64,000 nucleotides of DNA, taken from the NCBI GenBank assembly GCA_963711835.1, contig CAVQFQ010000013.1:1-64000 (forward strand). Direction: 5' to 3'. This DNA is from an uncultured delta proteobacterium (GTDB lineage: Bacteria > Desulfobacterota > RBG-13-43-22). Positions 60,303-64,000 of this stretch are shown here, piece after piece. The position numbers and the translations under genes were made by a program. The notes below the pieces were generated by a model, which made no database searches, was not told the DNA's origin, and saw only the letters and a program-made list of their open reading frames with translations. Positions within the stretch are counted from its first letter, which is position 1. Every line of letters starts with the position of its first letter.

Positions 60303-61805
60303 ATGAAAAAAGCGGCCGTCGGACTCTTTCTAATTTCCATCTTGATCGGGGTTTCCGTTTTTGCCAATTCCTCCAAAAAACCGGATCTTATCAGCGAAGA
60401 TACCAAGGCCTGCCTGGAATGCCATGTCACGGCCACCCCGGGGATCACCCTGGACTGGAAGAAGAGTCTCCATTCTCAGGTCCTTCCCAGGGAAGGAATA
60501 AAAAAAGGCCGGCTCGAAAGAAAAGTCTCCAGTGAGAAGGTCCCCGAGAAATACGCCTCTTCCGTGGTAGGTTGTGCGGAATGCCATACTCAGAACGCCG
60601 ACCGGCATAAGGATTCCTTTGAGCATAATGGGTTTAGGGTTTATGTGGTCGTTACCCCGAACGATTGTTCCACCTGTCATGCCCTGGAGGCCAAACAATA
60701 CAGTCAAAATATTATGTCCCGGGCTTACGGCAATCTGGCTCACAACCCGGTTTATCGGGGATTGGCTGATTTAGTCAATGGCCCCAAGACCTATAAAGAC
60801 GGGAAGATCACCCACAGCCCCCCGGATTTGGAAACCAGCTATGATTCCTGCTACCACTGCCACGGAACGATTGTAACGGTTAAAGGTCTAAAAAAGAAAG
60901 AGACCCCCCAGGGAGAAATGGAATTTCCCGTTTTAAGCGGCTGGCCCAATCAGGGTGTGGGAAGGGTCAATCCGGATAGCTCCCTGGGCTCCTGCACGGC
61001 TTGCCATACCCGCCATGCCTTTTCCATCGAGATGGCTCGAAAGCCCTATACCTGTTCGCAGTGCCACACAGGACCGGATGTCCCGGCCTACAAAGTTTAT
61101 TCGGTCAGCAAACACGGCAATATCTTCTCCTCCCTGGGAAAGGATTGGAATTTTAAAGGAGTCCCCTGGAAGATCGGGAAAGACCTTACCGGCCCCACCT
61201 GCGCCACCTGCCATGTCAGCCTGACGACAGACCCTGAAGGCCAGGTAGTGGCCGAAAGGACCCACCAGATGAATGACCGCCTGCCCTGGAGGCTTTTTGG
61301 TTTGATCTATGCCCATGCCCATCCTAAGTCGCCCGATACCTCGATAATAAAAAATAAAGCCGGCTTGCCCCTGCCTACGGAACTGACCGGGGAATCAGCC
61401 GCTTCCTTTCTGATTGACGCCAAGGAGCAGGGTAGGAGACGGCAAACCATGACCAAGGTCTGTCTCTCCTGCCACAGCCAGGGCTGGGTCGAAGGACACT
61501 TCCGTCGTCTGGAGAATACCATCAAGACCACCAACCAGTTGACCTTAACCGCCACCCGGATCATGATTTCGGCCTGGGACCAGGGTTTGGCCAAAGGGTT
61601 GGCGCAAAAGGACAGCCTTTTCAATGAAGCCCTGGAAAGAAAATGGGCCGAACAATGGCTCTTTTATGCCAATTCCACCCGCTACGCCTCGGCCATGATG
61701 GGGGCCGACTACGGGGCCTTTGCCGACGGCCGGTGGTACCTCAGCAAGACCATCCAGGAGCTGGCTGAAATGGTTGAAACCAAAAGCAGTCAAAAAAGGC
61801 GATGA
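60303..61805 (+). CDS. Periplasmic octaheme cytochrome c, hydroxylamine oxidoreductase (HAO) family
   Basis: Eight CxxCH motifs (CLECH, CAECH, CSTCH, CYHCH, CTACH, CSQCH, CATCH, CLSCH), [16 protein letters not shown], signal peptide. Confidence 0.88.
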   Translation: MKKAAVGLFLISILIGVSVFANSSKKPDLISEDTKACLECHVTATPGITLDWKKSLHSQVLPREGIKKGRLERKVSSEKVPEKYASSVVGCAECHTQNADRHKDSFEHNGFRVYVVVTPNDCSTCHALEAKQYSQNIMSRAYGNLAHNPVYRGLADLVNGPKTYKDGKITHSPPDLETSYDSCYHCHGTIVTVKGLKKKETPQGEMEFPVLSGWPNQGVGRVNPDSSLGSCTACHTRHAFSIEMARKPYTCSQCHTGPDVPAYKVYSVSKHGNIFSSLGKDWNFKGVPWKIGKDLTGPTCATCHVSLTTDPEGQVVAERTHQMNDRLPWRLFGLIYAHAHPKSPDTSIIKNKAGLPLPTELTGESAASFLIDAKEQGRRRQTMTKVCLSCHSQGWVEGHFRRLENTIKTTNQLTLTATRIMISAWDQGLAKGLAQKDSLFNEALERKWAEQWLFYANSTRYASAMMGADYGAFADGRWYLSKTIQELAEMVETKSSQKRR

Positions 61806-61819
61806 GAAAGGACCGAGAA

Positions 61820-61981
61820 ATGAAAAAGTATGTTTGTGATGTCTGCGGTTATGTATATGACCCGGCGGAAGGCGACCCGGACAATGGGATCGCCCCGGGT
61901 ACGGCCTTTGAAGATCTTCCCGATGACTGGCTGTGCCCGTTGTGCGGGGTAGGGAAGGATCAGTTTAGTCCCGAAGAATAA
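61820..61981 (+). CDS. rub: Rubredoxin
   Basis: Not in ORF track; [15 protein letters not shown]...[17 protein letters not shown]. Confidence 0.96.
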   Translation: MKKYVCDVCGYVYDPAEGDPDNGIAPGTAFEDLPDDWLCPLCGVGKDQFSPEE

Positions 61982-62096
61982 AAAACCCGATAACGGATGC
62001 CGGAGACCCGAGGCCCGATTAATACAAACCCTTTTGAGATCAATTGTTATTTGGATTAAATCAGGTATTCGGCATCGGGCATCACAGGAGGTGCAA

Positions 62097-62669
62097 ATGA
62101 AAAAACAGATCTTTTTTTTGTTGGTGTTCATAACTATTCTGGGAATCGCCTCTCCCATCCCGGCGGCCGGTACCCCGCCTGCCAAAGGCGATCCTATGCC
62201 GGCCCTGACCTTGCCGGTTCCCAAAAGTCCTGATGAAAAAGCCTACCTGGGACTCACCGGGGACGGGACCTTCAAGCTTTCCCAAATCAAGGCCCAGGTG
62301 GTCATTATTGAGATTTTCAGTATGTACTGTCCCTTTTGTCAGGTGGAGGCTCCCACCGTCAATGAGTTATACCGGCTTATCGAGGAGAACCCGGAGCTGA
62401 AAGGCAAAATCAAGCTGCTCGGCTTAGGCGCCGGCAATTCCATTTTCGAGGTAAATATCTTCAAAAATAAATACCAGATCCCCTTCCCCCTCCTTCCGGA
62501 CCAGGATTTTACATTTCATAATGCCTTAGGGGAAGTCAGGACCCCTTACTTTATCGCCCTGAAATTTAAAAAGGACCGGAGCCCTCAGGTCATTTTTTCG
62601 GAACTGGGATCCATACATGGAGCCAGGCCCTTTCTGGAAAAGATAATCTCCCTGGCGGAATTGAAATAG
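62097..62669 (+). CDS. Secreted TlpA/redoxin-family thiol-disulfide oxidoreductase
   Basis: AGGAGGTG RBS, signal peptide, MYCPFC, RTPYF. Confidence 0.87.
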   Translation: MKKQIFFLLVFITILGIASPIPAAGTPPAKGDPMPALTLPVPKSPDEKAYLGLTGDGTFKLSQIKAQVVIIEIFSMYCPFCQVEAPTVNELYRLIEENPELKGKIKLLGLGAGNSIFEVNIFKNKYQIPFPLLPDQDFTFHNALGEVRTPYFIALKFKKDRSPQVIFSELGSIHGARPFLEKIISLAELK

Positions 62670-62680
62670 GAGGTAGTCCC

Positions 62681-63286
62681 ATGAAAAAAAATCGAACCAA
62701 GACCTTGTTTATTATCCTGCTGGTCTCGGGTCTGGCCTGCCCCTCCTGGGCGCAAACCCTTTCCGAGGCCTACAAAGGCAATATTTATAATGTCGGGCAC
62801 CTAAAGCCCATTGACAGCCGACTAAAAGTCAAGGTGGGAGATCCGGCCCCGGATTTCAGCCTTCCGGCCGTTTCAGGGGGGAAAATTACCTTGAGTCAGT
62901 ACCGGGGAAAGAAAAATGTGGTCCTCTCTTTTGTACCGGCGGCCTGGACCCCGGTCTGTTCCGATCAATGGCCCGGCTATAATATCGTTCAGGGTCTTTT
63001 TGAACAAAAAGAGGCCATCCTGCTGGGCATCACCGTAGATAACATTCCTACCCTCTTTGCCTGGACCAACCAGATGGGCAAACTCTGGTTTCCGGTCCTT
63101 TCGGATTTCTGGCCCCACGGGGCCGTAGCCGATCGTTATGGGATCTTGCGCACCGACGGGACTTCCGAGAGGGCCGTTTTTCTGATCGATAAAAAGGGGC
63201 TGATCCGCTATATCAACGTCAACGACATCAACAAACGTCCCCGCCTCGAAGACCTGGCGGCCGAATTGGAAAAGCTGGATAAATAG
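62681..63286 (+). CDS. Secreted peroxiredoxin (AhpE-like)
   Basis: PAAWTPVC, LSDFWPHG.VA..YG, ERA.F. Confidence 0.87.
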   Translation: MKKNRTKTLFIILLVSGLACPSWAQTLSEAYKGNIYNVGHLKPIDSRLKVKVGDPAPDFSLPAVSGGKITLSQYRGKKNVVLSFVPAAWTPVCSDQWPGYNIVQGLFEQKEAILLGITVDNIPTLFAWTNQMGKLWFPVLSDFWPHGAVADRYGILRTDGTSERAVFLIDKKGLIRYINVNDINKRPRLEDLAAELEKLDK

Positions 63287-63299
63287 TCAAAGCCGGATT

Positions 63300-64000
63300 A
63301 TGAATTTTATCAGCGCCATCAGGACCTTGCTGGCCCGGGAAGATTACCAGGCCCTGGCCTTGATGGCCCGGGAGCACGGGGGAAGGACAGCCGCCGGGTT
63401 GATCGGCCTGGTCACGGATCTGGATGAGACCATCAAGTGGCGAGCCGTTTCGGCCTTAGGCCGGACCGTGGCCGGTTTATATTCCCAGGACCCGGAACGG
63501 GCCAGAAAGGTTCTCAGGCAACTTCTCTGGAATCTTAACGAAGAATCAGGAGGCATCGGTTGGGGTATGCCGGAGGCCTTCGGAGAAATTATTGCCCTTA
63601 CGCCTCCCCTGAGAAGGGAATACGGTTATTTGCTGGTGGCTTATCTCTCCGAAAAATGCTGCTTCCTTGAAAACGACCAATTGCTCCTGGGGGTGGTTTG
63701 GGCCTTGGGCCGCATCGGGGATCTGGAACCGGATTTAAAACAACAAGCCCTTCCCTTCCTTTTGGAGGCCCTTAACCATACCAACCCAACCATGCAGGGC
63801 ACGGCCGCCTGGACCCTGGGACAGCTTAAGGCCGGGGAGGCCTTTCCCTTTCTAAAAGCCTTGCGCACCGGACCGGGGATGATTAAAATATTTGAACAAG
63901 GCTTATTAAAAGAAAAACCCATTCAAGAATGGATAACGGAAGCTATCGAAAAAATAGGACCAGGAGGTGAGAGTGATGAACGAGAACGACTGGAAATGCA
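63300..64000 (+). CDS. HEAT-repeat protein (DVU0298-like), stop beyond window end
   Basis: Not in ORF track; KWRAV..LG, RQLLWNLNEESGGIGWGMPEA.GEI, GVVWALGRI. Confidence 0.85.
   Translation, partial: MNFISAIRTLLAREDYQALALMAREHGGRTAAGLIGLVTDLDETIKWRAVSALGRTVAGLYSQDPERARKVLRQLLWNLNEESGGIGWGMPEAFGEIIALTPPLRREYGYLLVAYLSEKCCFLENDQLLLGVVWALGRIGDLEPDLKQQALPFLLEALNHTNPTMQGTAAWTLGQLKAGEAFPFLKALRTGPGMIKIFEQGLLKEKPIQEWITEAIEKIGPGGESDERERLEM
63976..64000 (+). CDS. Start of next gene (MNENDWKC..., possibly a small Cys-motif protein)
   Basis: AGGAGGT RBS then ATG; truncated by window end. Confidence 0.4.

Noticed and set aside
60303-61805. HAO-like cytochrome as evidence of ammonia oxidation or anammox
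   Set aside because: No amo, cycAB or hzs context; homologs in anaerobes are generally reductive
61790-62224. 144-aa minus-strand ORF
   Set aside because: Antisense to the real rubredoxin and TlpA genes
62097-63286. Possible selenocysteine in the redoxins
   Set aside because: Active-site codons are Cys; there is no in-frame TGA

Overview
Moderately GC-rich bacterial chromosome window, most consistent with an anaerobic Desulfobacterota/Deltaproteobacteria lineage (inferred from gene content: sigma-54 two-component system, NifSU, PerR-rubrerythrin-desulfoferrodoxin-rubredoxin cluster). Core genes include glgB, guaB-guaA-dnaE, rimO, tadA, a tRNA-Ser(CGA), PMM/GMP-transferase genes, nifSU, mce, a YdbH/YdbL-like pair and an oxidative-stress/redox cluster with an octaheme HAO-family cytochrome. 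There are four complete type II TA pairs and many small inverted-repeat elements. Highlights: (1) an 850-aa tandem double malic enzyme whose two halves have decayed in complementary motifs, suggesting a single-chain pseudo-dimer with one active site; (2) a non-coding repeat family with nested inverted repeats whose core is flipped between two full copies; (3) a ~10.5 kb accessory region beside tRNA-Ser, bracketed by a duplicated gene 5' end, that holds integrase-less integron cassettes (HEPN-like, OGG-fold glycosylase-like, ParE TA), a RAYT remnant and a tRNA-Glu 3' fragment; (4) a hidden pair of paralogous WWxxH micro-membrane peptides. All calls come from reading the sequence by eye; no database searches were run.
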